Positions 1 through 13,162 of a stretch of 64,000 nucleotides of DNA are shown piece by piece. Within the stretch, counting starts at the first letter, position 1. Each line of letters opens with the position of its first letter. The notes beneath the pieces are model-generated. The model saw only the letters and a program-made list of their open reading frames with translations, did no database searches and was not told where the DNA came from. Both the position numbers and the translations under genes were made by a program. Source of the DNA: Massalongia carnosa (lineage: Eukaryota); contig OZ287088.1 in the NCBI GenBank assembly GCA_965645245.1, forward strand, positions 930,001 to 994,000. The letters run 5' to 3'.

Positions 1-3000
1 GAGCAGCGCTCATTGCCCCAAGACTGGCCTAGCAAGAATCAAATCCAGGCCCTAGTTGAGATGGCCATTCCCCTGTTTATCTTCGCTGCCACGGCCTGTC
101 GATTTATTGAAGATAAACGAGACAATCCTAAAAAGCGCTTGGAGAACATTCTTCAGTATCAAACGACAAATCAGGTCTCCAAGCTGGATAGAACGTATCT
201 TCCAATTCTAAATCAGTTATTTGATGATAAAGACGAGGTAGACAAAGAGAGGAGGACTAGCGAATTCCGAGAATTAGTCGGGAGTATTGTTGTTCTGGAG
301 AGTCCCCTCTCGATTGTCTCACTTGCACACCTCCTTAATATTCCTAAAGAGGATATTAGCTGCAGGCTAGACTTACTACACTCTGTGCTCAGCATCCCTG
401 TTGACGAGGATATGCCCATAAGGCTTCTACATTTATCTTTTCGTGACTTTCTCCTTGATACTCAAAAGCTTGGGAAGAGCCCGTTCTGGGTAGACGAGCG
501 GGAAACGCATAAGAGATTAGCTAGCAAGTGCATTCAACTAATGTCCAGTCCAAAGGGTCTAAGGCAAAACATGTGCAACTTAACGAGGCCTGGAACTCTA
601 AGAAGCGAGCTCAATAATCAGATAATAGACAATGCTTTATCACTAGAAGTCCGATACGCCTGCCGCTACTGGGCGCACCACTTAAAGCAGAGTGAAGGCT
701 GTATCCGTGACGGAGACCCAGTTCACGTATTTCTACAAAAGTACTTCCTTTACTGGCTAGAAGCTATGAGTCTTATGGGAGAGACATCCAATAGCATTTG
801 TATAATTAACAACCTGCAACCGCTTACAGATGTAAGGTATTATTAGGCCCTTTGTATTGGTTCCTATTCTTACTTGTCAATCTAGGCCGATAAAAGTGCC
901 GCGATATCGGCCTTTCTTCACGATGGAAAGCGCTTTGCCCTGCGGAACAGATCAATACTAGAAGAGGCACCTCTACAACTCTATTCTTCAGCCTTAATCT
1001 TCGCTCCAGAGATGAGTATAACACGGAAAATATTCGACGATCATATTCCTAAATGGATTACTAGACTACCAAAGGTGCAAAAAGATTGGAATGCCTTACT
1101 GCAGACGCTCGAGGGTCACTCGAGCTGGGTCATCGCTGTAGCCTTCTCGCCGGACGGCCAGCTGATAGCGTCTGCCTCGCTCGACAACACGATCCGGCTC
1201 TGGGACACAGGTACAGGGTCTTGCCGCAGCACTCTCGAGGGTCACTCGGCCGTGATCAAGGCTGTAGCCTTCTCGCCGGACGGCCAGCTGATAGCGTCTG
1301 CCTCGTACGACAAGACGATCCGGCTCTGGGACGCAGGTACAGGGTCTTGCCGCAGCACGCTCGAGGGTCACTCGGACGAGGTCAGGGCTGTAGCCTTCTC
1401 GCCGGACGGCCAGCTGATAGCGTCTGCCGACAAGACGATCCAACTCTGGGACGCAGGTACAGGGTCTTGCCGCAGCACGCTCGAGGGTCACTCGGACGAG
1501 GTCAGGGCTGTAGCCTTCTCGCCGGACGGCCAGCTGATAGCGTCTGCCTCGGACGACAACACGATCCGGCTCTGGGACGCAGGTACAGGGTCTTGCCGCA
1601 GCACGCTCGAGGGTCACTCGGGCTGGGTCAGGGCTGTAGCCTTCTCGCCGGACGGCCAGCTGATAGCGTCTGCCTCGTACGACAACACGATCCGGCTCTG
1701 GGACGCAGGTACAGGGTCTTGCCGCAGCACGCTCGAGGGTCACTCGGACTGGGTCAGCGCTGTAGCCTTCTCGCCGGACGGCCAGCTGATAGCGTCTACC
1801 TCGCTCGACAACACGATCCGGCTCTGGGACGCAGGTACAGGGTCTTGCCGCAGCACGCTCGAGGGTCACTCGGGCTGGGTCAGGGCTGTAGCCTTCTCGC
1901 CGGACGGCCAGCTGATAGCGTCTGCCTCGGGCAACAGCACGATCCGGCTCTGGGACGCAGGTACAGGGTCTTGCCGCAGCACGCTCGAGGGTCACTCGGA
2001 CTGTGTCAGCGCTGTAGCCTTCTCGCCGGACGGCCAGCTGATAGCGTCTGCCTCGTACGACAAGACGATCAGGCTCTGGGACGCAGGTACAGGGTCTTGC
2101 CGCAGCACGCTCGAGGGTCACTCGGAATGGGTCAGCGCTGTAGCCTTCTCGCCGGACGGCCAGCTGATAGCGTCTGCCTCGTACGACAAGACGATCCGGC
2201 TCTGGGACGCAGGTACAGGGTCTTGCCGCAGCACGCTCGAGGGTCACTCGGGCTGGGTCAGGGCTGTAGCCTTCTCGCCGGACGGCCAGCTGATAGCGTC
2301 TGCCTCGTTCGACAAGACGATCCGGCTCTGGGACGCAGGTACAGGGTCTTGCCGCAGCACGCTCGAGGGTCACTCGGGCTGGGTCAGGGCTGTAGCCTTC
2401 TCGCTGGACGGCCAGCTGATAGCGTCTGCCTCGGACGACAACACGATCCGGCTCTGGGACGCAGGTACAGGGTCTTGCCGCAGCACGCTCGAGGGTCACT
2501 CAGACTGGGTCAGGGCTGTAGCCTTCTCGCCGGACGGCCAGCTGATAGCGTCTGCCTCGTTCGACAAGACGATCCGGCTCTGGGACGCAGGTACAGGGTC
2601 TTGCCGCAGCACGCTCGAGGGTCACTCGGACTGGGTCAGGGCTGTAGCCTTCTCGCCGGACGGCCAGCTGATAGCGTCTGCCTCGGGCGACAAGACGATC
2701 CGGCTCTGGAACGCAGGTACAGGGTCTTGCCGCAGCACGCTCGAGGGTCACTCGGCCGTGATCGAGGCTATAGCCTTCTCGCCAGATGGTTCACATCTAA
2801 AGACTGATAGAGGGCAAATCTCCATTCCTTTATCTCTCCATAGTGCTCCTTTCCGTCAGAAAAAAGAGCTATGTTCTGTCTTTGTTGAAGATCAATGGAT
2901 AGCTTTTAATGAACAAGGTTTTCTTTGGCTTCCATCCGACTATCGACCGATATGTTCAGCTATTTACGGGAACTTTATCTGCTTGGGATATGTATCCGGT

Positions 3001-3129
3001 CATCTTACCTTTCTCGAGTTTAATTTTGAAAGTATACCTTCGCATAAAGAACCTGCACAGAGCTCTATGACCCTTATCGGTGCCGTTACCTTCGCTTGCG
3101 CTGGGGGGGCTTTTAATTGGATGAATTGA
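1..3129 (+). CDS. NACHT-WD40 NLR-like protein (HET-E/HNWD type), 5' end outside window; exons <1-831 and 886-3129
   Basis: Post-NACHT motifs (LFIFAATACRFI, LHLSFRDFL, YACRYWAHHL, FLYWLEAMSL). Intron 832-885 (GTAAGG..CTTAC..TAG, 54 nt) splices in frame into ADKSAAISAFLHDGKRF..APLQLYSSALIFAP, followed by WD40 repeats. Confidence 0.93.
1105..2790 (+). repeat. Tandem 126-bp WD40-coding repeats: 13 full units (unit 3 is 120 bp) plus 1 degenerate unit
   Basis: Units start at 1105, 1231, 1357, 1477, 1603, 1729, 1855, 1981, 2107, 2233, 2359, 2485, 2611, 2737; consensus TLEGHSxxVxAVAFSPDGQLIASASxDxTIRLWDAGTGSCRS. Confidence 0.97.
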
Positions 3130-3762
3130 TTTGAATGCTTGAATTTGATTGGGCATGGGAACGACACAGGTCAGCCCGGGCAGGCCTAGGCACGTGACTC
3201 GGGGTCGGTGCTGAGGTGAGAACCTCATCTTCTAGGCCCGAGGCGTCTGCTGACGCTCAACGATCCGATAGATGATGCCCGACGGCAGTGCCCGACGGCG
3301 ATGATCTAGATGGAGGTGCCCGGCGGCGCTCCGGATCGATGCCCTGGTTGACCTGTACGCCCATCGCTCACTTAAGGTGGCTTCTAACTAGCTATGAATC
3401 TCGGGTGGCCGAGGGTGGGGAAAAGCAGCAAGCACTGACAGCGAGGTAGGGGCACCGAGACAACGTGGGGTCGACGACGAGTCAGTGAGATGGATGAGGC
3501 CGAGTGAGAAGAAGTGGATGAGGAAAGAATTTTCAGAGGGTGATTCTTAATTTACTTTGACTCAGGGGCCTCACGTGACATAGAACCATCTCATCTATTT
3601 AACTTTAAATTTAGAGTTTGTTTTTAAAGATCCCGTGAACTCCTATGTTAGATCTAGTCTTAGCGATTATTAAGTATATCATTCAATAATTCATGTGTTA
3701 ATATATCTTAGTGTTTCTTTATAATCTCTATTGCATAGAGAGGTTTGGGGGACCTTAGATAT

Positions 3763-3954
3763 TGTGATAGGGTGAATAGGGACAAGGGCAGGTGCTGAGG
3801 GGAGGGGGGGGATTGGTGTGGACGGAGCGGAGGGGAGGTTTTTCCGGGGCTGAGGCGCCCATTTTTCTATAGATAGGGGAAGTTTCACCCTCTAGACAGC
3901 CAGGCAATCAACATTTTTCTTTCCTTCAGAGTCAGTATTCGTGTCCGAGTGACA
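3763..3954. mobile_element. LTR-like repeat (TG...CA), second copy at 63141-63331
   Basis: ~190 bp nearly identical to 63141-63331; starts TGTGA, ends GTGACA. No TSD seen, so the right boundary is uncertain. Confidence 0.6.
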
Positions 3955-6166
3955 GTGTCAGAGTGGCCGAGTCGTCACCGCCAACGTTCTGTTTGTTGTT
4001 TTCACGTATGTTCCTTGTTTGCTTTCTGCCGGTCTTCTCTCCTTGAGGTCATCACGTATGCACCACCCACGACTACCCCTCTTCAATATTTATATTGAAA
4101 GAGGCGTGCTTCTAGTATCTTCTAGATGTTTCGTTACGGGGCTCTAAAACCTATACTGATAGCGGGTTCGGGAGTCACATTTTCCGGAGAGGCCTTGGCG
4201 AGGGTCAGGTGAAAGTCTCTCCTTTTTATATAAAATTATGCAATCACATAAATGTTAAATATGCGAGTTTTTACGAGAATTTTTATCTTTAAGAATATTA
4301 CAAATCGCATTTGAGTTGATTAAATTATTTGAAAAAATAACTAATGAACACTTCCAAAAATGTTGAATATTCAACTTCTACCAGCAAAGCATCGTAGATG
4401 GACAAATTAGACTTAACTACAGGAGGCTCTTGGACAACGTTACAATATCGAACGGCCTGTCGATTTGACACTACCTGACTCTGGATAGGTAAAAGTGTTC
4501 GGTCTGCAAACGGCGAAAGAGATGGCGAATCGGCGGTTTCCATGCGGTTGATGCTGTCAGGCCTAGTTGGTGCTATCGAAATGCGGCAAAGTCGAGTGGG
4601 CTGGAGGCAAGGCTTGAGATGGAGATGCAGAGTGAATACTGTTATCGGAGTGTGAGAAAGGGCGCGGAAGGGGAGTACGATGGTTACGTTACTTTGAAAG
4701 ATCGAATTTCGGAAGAAAGAAGAGCAGGAATTTACTGTTATACCCTAGCTTTTGTATTTGCAATGGTAGCATTTATCCTTGAAGACAATGCAATTCCTCA
4801 TGCAAGCCACCTGTGTCTTCATGGGTTGAGTTCGAGTGATATTCTGTAAAAGATTGAAGCGGGTGAAACTATTTAATGACCGCTTTCAGGGAGCACAGTT
4901 GACTGTTGCCCGTATGTACATAGCTTCCTCCTCTAGCGAAAGCCAAGCGACCACACTTAGTTAAGCGATCTCCATTGGAGAATCTCAGCTCGCATATTCT
5001 CGTTCTCCGGAGTTTGCCTCGACCATTCCATGGGAGCAGCTCGAGTACGAATGCTAACTATAATATTTTAGTCCTCTGCCTACTCTAGAGTTCTAGCATC
5101 TTAGTAGACGTGCTATCTAAAGGATTTACTCATCCATTTCTATTGTTTTGGCCTTCTTCTTGCTATTGCTTGCCTCAACAGTATTCCGTGTCCTGGATGT
5201 TGTAATTGCACATGATAGTTATTCAGTAGAATTATCGTTATCTTCATCCTCTGCCAGCAGTGTTGTATTATTCGAATCTAAAGCAGTATCGAGAGTGGGA
5301 TTTGATCCAAAGTTAAACCGTCAATTAGAGACGCAAGACTATAACTACTCTAATACGTCAGGAGTATAAAAGTCCCTGTTCAAATTAGTTCATGAAGAAA
5401 CTCTACTACAGAAAAGATAAGAGTTATTCAGTTTGACGAACCAGTCTGCGTCTATATTCATCAAAATCTTATCAACCTGGAACCAGAAACTTCCTTCTTT
5501 CTTTTCCATCTGCTCAAGAACAACATATCTCTATCATTCATTGATATTAGCTTTTGCAATAAACAAGATGCAAGATAACAGGATGAAGGGGAAGCCTACC
5601 CAACAAGCTGCTGCTTCCGACAAAGACATATCATTGTCCACATGTTTGGTTTCCGAGTCCACTTCTGACCTTAAGCATTCGGCAAAATCCGCAAGAGGTT
5701 TATCGACAACATCGTGACACTTGAGGAGTCGTTCCTTTAGTTTAGCCTTTTCCTCTATGCGGACTTTCCCCACTAAAGCGACAGCATTGTCTGGAAGTAT
5801 TAGGTCGGAAGGAAAATGACCTCGTAATGAGGTCTTAACGATAGTATTAGCTATGGAATACCAAACGAGCCTAAAGATAACGTACTAGGTATTACTTGCT
5901 TGGGATCGCTCCATGTGCTTTCTTTGTATCGTTCCAAAGTTAAGCGTCGAAAATAGGATTTGATCGATTCAAAATACTCACAACAGTCAAAAGGAGACTC
6001 TGGTTGCGGGTGATCGCATTTATTGTATAGCTATCTAGAATAGGTTCATTGAACAATCGACATGTTCAATGAACAAGGCTTAGCGCCATCTAAGCGACAC
6101 CCAGTCCCAGCTGTACAAATCAACCGCCATTTAACACTCCCCTTGCGGTGCGATATTCATTCTCCT

Positions 6167-9100
6167 TCACAATCTTTGCAGTCCCAGTTGATCGATGAAG
6201 CGTTTGAAGATAGGCTTGTTCAAAGGCTTGGTTAGCCCGTCAGCGATCATTTCTTCGCTTGGCACATAGTCGACATGAATTCGATTTCGCTTGTGTAGAT
6301 CTCGAATATGATGGTATGCCACGTCTATATGCTTAGACCTATCATGAATGTGAGCGTCTTTAGCCAACTAGATGGCAGCCTAATTATCTCCCTTCAGCTG
6401 TATTGGAAAGTCAACCTGATTGCTTGCCGTTTTCGCGAATGTTGACACTGGGATCGAAGTATTTAGCAAAGCCTATATCCTTCATTAGCTGAACGAGCCA
6501 AATGCCCTCTTTAGCACATGTGGATAGAGCCATGTATTCTGCTTCGGTGGTTGAAGTAGCAACCGACTTCTGCTTTCTGCTCATCCATGATATAGGTAGG
6601 CCCTCCTCCTAACATGAATACATATCCTAAAATCGACTTTTTCTCAAGTCTATCGGCCGCGTAATCTGAATCGGAGTATCCAATGAGACTATGATTTCTC
6701 TCTGTTCCGTAGAGTATGCCAAGATCGATGGTGGATCGAACATATCGAAGAAGTGCCTTGAGCGCATGACCGTGATGAATAGCAGGATCGCTTAATAATT
6801 GGCTTAGCCTTCCAAGAGCGAATGCTATATCTGGTCGTGTGTGAATCGCAGCGTACATGAGACTTCCAACGATTTGCTGATACTCCTTTTGATCTATGCG
6901 TTTGTCGTCTTTTCCAGCTGGTCGCAGTGAATCGTAGCCATTCATGGGAATTTCGGTAGTCCTATGCTTGTCAGCGCTCATGTGCGTTCTTTCCATCACA
7001 TATTTGAGATAGTGTGTTTGATCCATTCGGAGTATGCGATTCTTGCGATCTCGGGTGACTCGAATGTCTAGAACTTTTGACACTTCTCTTGATCTTTGAT
7101 GCTGACGGCAGTGTTGAATTCTCGTTTGAACCAGTTGATTTCCTTCATCATCTTGGCGGCTATCACTAAGTCATCTACGTGCATGAATATAATGATACCT
7201 TTGACAGGATGAGTGAATAAGCATGGATCGGAAGGGCATTGTGCGAAGCTTAGCTCGATCAGCTCATTGGTGCAGCAGCTATGCCATTCTCTAGCGGATT
7301 GCTTTAGACCGTAGAGACTTTGCAGAATCTGAAGAGCTCTACCGGGGGCGACCTTGACTCCTTCCGGTGCAGTCATATAGATGGTATCCTTTAGGGATGA
7401 CTGAGTGAATGCGTTATTCACATCTACTTGATGGCATTCCAAATTCTCCAGGGCTACTATAGCGAGTACTGTGCGTAGAGTGTCTGATCTTACCGTGGGA
7501 GCAAAAGTGTCCTCATAGTCGATGCCGTATTTCTGGGTAAATCCACGGGCGACTAATCTTGCCTTTAACTTCTCCAACGAGCCGTCGATATTCAGTTTGA
7601 CCTTGAATACCCATTTGCAAGTGACAATATTCGTTTTTGGAGGTGGGACAACTTCTTTCCATGTCTTATTGCTAATCAGCGCGTTGATCTCGGTGTCCAC
7701 TGCTTCCTTCCATAACTCCCCCCACACTGGATCATTCACCGCTTCGCGATAAGATCTAGGTGTTGATATGTTCTTTCCTGACGAAAATGTATTTGCGGAC
7801 ATGGCAGACTCCCATTTGAGATGTCCATATTCGTCATTGTCCATTGTCATCAGCGAATAATGCCAGGAAGGCGCGAGGTATTTTGAAAGCCGGTTCCTCG
7901 GGAGCTAAATCTTCATTGGATCGTTTGCGCTTAGGGATCGCCACATGTGAGAATATGGGTGCGATTGCGGCAGGAGCTGATGTGGCTGCAGCGGGAGCTG
8001 GGTCATTCGTGATTGGGGCTGGATCGGGAATTGATGTTGATGATGCGTCTTGGGTGACATAATTGTTTGGATTTAATTGATCAGGAGCTTCATGTGTTGG
8101 TTGATCTTCGTTGCTAGGAATCTCCACATGCGAAAATCTTTCCGCGATTTTGGCAGCAGGTTCGTTGTTTTTCATCTCCTTTTGTGGTCTTCCTACCGGG
8201 CGTCTTTCGGGTAAAATGTTGAGAGTCTGCTTTCGCAGCTTCAAATCCATGTCGCCACCCTTCAGATTTTCAGCAAACTTCACCACAAGACTTCTGATAA
8301 CTCTCCCTAGATCAGGTTCCCAGAGACGATACTGCTTGGTAGTCTCTTCTACGTACCCCATGAACACTCCTACCCTTCCTCTATCCATGAACTTGTCCCG
8401 TCTTCCTCCTGCAGGCAGCGATTTGGGGTCGACGTATGAGTAGCATTTGCAGCCCCAGACGCGGATGTGATCAATGGATGGCTTGATGCCGGTGAAAGCC
8501 TCCTCTGGTGTGCTTGTATTGCCGTCGAGAGTTGGTCCACATCCCGTACGATTGCGAAGATATGCGTCCGCTTCCATAGCCTCCTTCCAGAATTCGATAG
8601 GGAGTCCTGCGTCCTTTGTCATGGCTCGCACCGAGTTCTCGGTGGTGCGGATGACCCGCTCGGCGACTCCGTTTTGAATGGACATATGGGGTACGGTGTA
8701 TTGTGGGACGATGCCGATTGAAGAACACCATTCGTCCAATGTGGCCTTCAATTCGGTGGCATTATCGCTTCGTACAGCCAGCAATCGTTGTCCGCTTTGC
8801 AGCTCGACCTTTAGCCTCCACTTCCGCAGTTCTCCTGGTGCTTCTTCTCGTTTCTTGAGCGGAATGGACCACATCTTTCTGGAATAGTTATCCACAATTT
8901 CCAGGAAATATATGTATCCTTCTCGAGAAGCAGGCAAAGGACCGCAGATGTCGATAGAGACTAACGCCAAGAGAGAGGTTTTTCGTTCGGTTGTCTTCCC
9001 TCTTTTATTGGTGAGCTTGGTGAGGGCGCATACCTCGCAGACGTGATCTTCATCTTTGCTGATTGGAATGGGCTTTTTTAGAGTGGTCACTTTGTGCAGA

Positions 9101-10803
9101 TTGCGCAGCTTTTGTCGACCTAAGTGGGCAAATCTTCGGTGCCATAGCCTGTACATTTCGAGGATCTTGTCAGCCTTGTTTGGAGTGGGTGTTGACGCTG
9201 TTTCGATATTCATTTGATCATGTGGCAGGGACGTTGAATCCGTGCGGCGCGGTTTTACCTGATCCTGCATGCTTGGAAAGGCAGTGTCATGATGCATGGA
9301 TGCGATTAAAGCAAATTCATCGATATCTTTTGCTATTTTCTCGACAATATATACTCCCCCTCGCTGTCGTGCTTCCAAGATTTCCTTACCTTGCTTATCA
9401 TAAATTCGTAGCCCATGCTGATTGAAACTTCCAATGACACCCTTCTCACACATTCGCCTGCCAGATAGAAGATTAACCCCCAACTTGGGGACGTAGAGAA
9501 CAGAAGTAAGAAATCCTCGATTGCTATGCTTGTCCTTAATCACACATGTGCCGCGATGATGAGCGTATAGCTCTCCTCCGCCGACCTTTATCTTTCGTCT
9601 TCTGATTCTGGTCAGAGGTCCACTAAATAGTTGAAGGGCGTCAGTCATATGAGACGATGCACCGGAGTTAGCTACCCATTTTGATCTGGGGATCTTAGTG
9701 ACTGCTTCTCCAGAGAGGGCCACAGTTTCTTCGGGGTCATCATCATTGCTTGATGCGAAATCTTCTTCTTCATCTTCCTCTTCTAATTCGCCGGCGAGAT
9801 AGCTTCGATGGCGCTTGGCGGATTGCTTGCCGATTCTCTTCTTCCTCTTTGCCAGGTCTTTAGCATGCGAACGTGCGCTCTCTAGGAAGTCACATTCTCT
9901 CATTCGATGAGACTCGTCCCCGCAGATGAAGCAGCCCTTTCTTGATTCTTCTTTGTCCTTTGCTCCTCTTCTTGAGCTCGTGGAGCTATGGCGCTTGGGC
10001 TGTTTGGATGGGCTGTGGCTTCTTGATGAATTAAACGGCCTTCGCTCTCGCTTTTGCTTTGCGAGCACAGCTTCTTCGACCTTTGATTGTGTCAGCTGCA
10101 TTTCCTTGTCTTCCAGTCTTTTTATGCCGATTTCGGCATCCACCCCTCCAATCGCGTCAATTCCGTCTCTGATAACGGCGTATTCAGCCGGGAGCGATTG
10201 TAGAAGCAGTTGAAAGAGTTGCTGAGTGGAAAATGCATCGCGAAGTTTGGGCGTGGCCATGATGACCTTGTCTCCCAACAACAGAAGTTCCCCCCATGCA
10301 TCCTGAATGGTGGTGTTTTGTTCCATCTTGTATGACACTAGCTCTTGGAGATATTGTCTTCCTGATGTGGGAAGTATGTTGCTGTATTTGTTGAACAGCG
10401 AGATCCATTTCTCTGCCGCTGTTTTCATTGCCCGTACGCGTTCTTGATCGAACTGACCTAAGCAAATGGTAATGAGATAAGATGCCTTTGCGTTATCCTT
10501 TTTCCAATTTTCTGATTTCACGATTGGGGTACCTGGAGTGAGAGGACTGCTTGTCTTCTCCTTTCCTTTTCCATCAATGCTCAGTTTGTCCATTTGCTGC
10601 TGGAGAAGTGCTGTTGGATTGAGGTTTGGCTGTGGGTCGCTGATGGTGTGGAAGATGCCCTCCGCCTCGAAGTGCATTTCGGCTAGTTCGAACCATCTTT
10701 GATAGATTTCCCTAGTTAAAATGGGCAAAGGTCTTCTTTTAGCTAGATCGTCTGCAATTGTTGTCATTTTGTAACTTGTGCTTGTTGTTTTCCTTCGTAT
10801 CAA
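6167..10803 (-). pseudogene. Copia gag-pol, frameshifted (~7840, ~7075, ~6590) and with stops
   Basis: Zn knuckle CFICGDESHRMREC; protease WVANSGASSHM (D>N); LWHRRFAH; rve (SIDICGP, RSDNA, QNGVAER); RT (KARLVARGF, SLYGLKQS, HVDD); RNase H (YSDSDYA, RSKHIDVAYH, MIADGLTKPL). Confidence 0.93.
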
Positions 10804-10820
10804 ACTGCCGATAGTGCGTG

Positions 10821-10952
10821 TGCTGATTTTCCCTACCTAAGGGAATCGTAATGAGCTGCCGAAGTACTGATTCTTCCAATCTAAAGGAATCGTAATGAGC
10901 TGCCGAAGTGCTGATTCTTCCTCTCTAAAGGAATCGTAGTCGAGCTGCCGAG
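10821..10952. repeat. Three ~44-bp tandem repeats in the Copia 1 leader
   Basis: TRCTGATT(C)TTCC..CTAARGGAATCGTARTGAGCTGCCGA x3. Confidence 0.85.
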
Positions 10953-11105
10953 ATAGCGATTTGCGAAGAGCTATATCCTTTTCTGATATTCGGAAGCTTC
11001 TTGCTGACCGGGCTCATAACCAGTTAAAAGGAGACTCTGGTTGCAGGTGATCGCATTTACTGTATGGCTATCTAGAATGAACATTCGACATGTTCAATGA
11101 ACAAG

Positions 11106-11610
11106 TCAGATGGAAATGCTCAGCAGAGAGCGGTTTATTCTTATCAACGCCGAAGCGATCGATATTGGTGGCCACTGTTTATTTTTTTTGTTAAATGCTG
11201 CTGCGCTCAATGCATACAAGCTTTATCTAATTGATGACTTCAGAACAGAAGGAAAAAAACTCACTCGTACGGATTTTACTCATCATTTTGCCCTCAGTCT
11301 GATGAAGAATCCCGCTGGACAAACCCGACGACATGAGTCAAAGATAAGGATTCAGACCAACTCTGAGCCTTTTGTTTCTACCCCCGAGCAGCATTATATT
11401 TATTCATCTGGAGAAGAAGCGGAAATGCGAGCCCTGCAATGTCAATAAAACAAGGCCCTCCAAAAGAAAACGGGAGCCTTTGGCTGAAAGAGACGCTAAT
11501 GGCAGGAAAAGAAAGTAGCGAGGTTCTCAAACAAGATGGGCGTGTCATCCAATCAGACCTTGTTGTTAAAATCAGGCCTGCTGGGCGGCAATACATTTGA
11601 ACTTGATTGG
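11106..11610 (+). pseudogene. piggyBac-type transposase C-terminal fragment
   Basis: Across frameshifts it reads SDGNAQQRAVYSYQRRSDRYWWPLFIFLLNAAALNAYKLY, then a Cys-rich tail KCEPC..TRWACHPIRPCC..ACWAAIH. Confidence 0.7.
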
Positions 11611-13162
11611 GCAATTCTTAAATAGGGTCAGAAAGGGGTAGCAAGCCGCTTATCTAATTGGTAGATATTTAAGGTTTCGGGAGCTCTAAACCATCTATAG
11701 CTAGTGCGGGGGGGTGCCAATTCAGCAGCGAGAGGGATAGGTGCCCCGCGCCCGGAACGTCATCGTACCTACTTGGGCGCTCATGTATTGCGCCCGCTGG
11801 CTAGCAGTACTGAGTACCGCTGTAACAAATGCGATCAATGTTTCGTCGAATGCAAGCAGTATTGAATGCAAATGAAGATTATATTAAATATTAGTTATAT
11901 GTAAACAAATAATCGCATCCTTTTACTGAAACGTTGATTTTGTAACAGCAACATAGATAATTCATAAGTTACAGCTCTGGAATTCGTTTAAATTGGCCTA
12001 TCCGGACACTAACGACCTATCATAATAGTGTTGTTTGGTCTATCTTTTGATGTAGTATCGTCACGGGAGCTAACATCAGTCATCACATGAACAGGCTCAT
12101 TCTATCCTTATTGCGACACAATTAATATTCTATAGCTGCAGTGTCATCCCTTCACCCGCCGTTTTGCTTGCGCTAACCCACTTGATCATCGTTATGCCTC
12201 CTCACCTCGTATTGTGAATTACGGGGTAGTCCGATACAGCGGAACAGTAAGTAGGAATATAGCCGACGAGGGGCGGATTCATCCAGTCTGGCTCGGCCCG
12301 GCCAGCCTGGCCAGCCATGGAAACGTCGAGGCCAGCGGTGGATCCGGCTTTGAGGCTTGAACTCGTCCAAAGGGCACAATCTGCGTGGAGTCGATGTGCT
12401 TGTGATTGGTTGTGCCGACATCCGGAGAGGAGAACAGAAACCCAGCGTATAAAAGTTCGATAGAGTTTGCGTTAACGCGTTATGTATCCTGCATCTGCTG
12501 CATGTGCTGCATCCTTGTGGTATACATACCGGGATGATAAAAACGCATGACTATACCTATCTCCACCAATTAAATACTTATATGATGTGTTTCTATGAAT
12601 TGATCCTTTTGCACAAACTATTAGCGCGTTGTTATGCGTGTGTATACCGCGCTACTCAACCCTCCCATTTCAGATTGCGGACAGCGCGGAATGTGTGCTG
12701 GACTGATGTGATGTAAACGCTGAGGACCATAGTACACGTAAAGTCAATATGCTGAAGAAAAAGAAGAAGAAAAAACCGCCAGGACCGAGGAGTGTCGTAG
12801 AACGGTCTGGATGTTTCGAGTCACTTCAAGAGACAATAACGGTACGAAAACCATTAAGTACTTTGGAATTTGCGACAGCTTGGTCCTGATTCGAGTTGAG
12901 CGATGGCGCTGCTCGGTCATATCGTGCATGCCCCCGACAAATTAAATACTTGTGTTGAATAGTGAGACGCTGCAGCCGGCGGACATCCCCAACCGAAGTA
13001 CTACAATATAGAGTTATCAATGCCACATTCAAACCCAATCATCGGGTTATTACGTCACGTCATCTCCAGATCACCACCTTCAGGTCATCATCTTAGGAGG
13101 TCATCATCTTAGATTGAGGGGGTTGAACCTACTTCATGATATGCAACCGACGATTGACTCAC

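Larger units (their letters stand above)
5985..11105 (-). mobile_element. Ty1/Copia retrotransposon 1; 3' LTR 5985-6136, 5' LTR truncated (11022-11105)
   Basis: Matching LTR copies; PPT (+ CTCCCCTT at 6137); PBS GGTTATGAGCCC (11010-11021); gag-PR-IN-RT-RH order. Confidence 0.93.

Noticed and set aside
1105..2790. CRISPR-like or DGR-like reading of constant/variable repeats
   Set aside because: Eukaryotic coding repeat, no unique spacers, no cas or DGR RT, and variation is not adenine-specific.
1086..2807. 573-aa alternative-frame ORF and 467-aa antisense ORF over the WD40 array
   Set aside because: A 126-bp unit lacking stops in those frames yields long ORFs automatically; the antisense frame is broken by a change that is synonymous in the WD frame (~2500).
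4325..5900. Possible spliced gene remnant on the minus strand
   Set aside because: Some intron-like signals but many stops and no recognisable family.
11800..11816. CAGTACTGAGT, also inverted at ~47153, as a piggyBac terminus
   Set aside because: Match too short and no clean TTAA target site.
12173..12421. 82-aa minus-strand ORF with nearby TATA-like sequence
   Set aside because: No recognisable domain or continuing exons.
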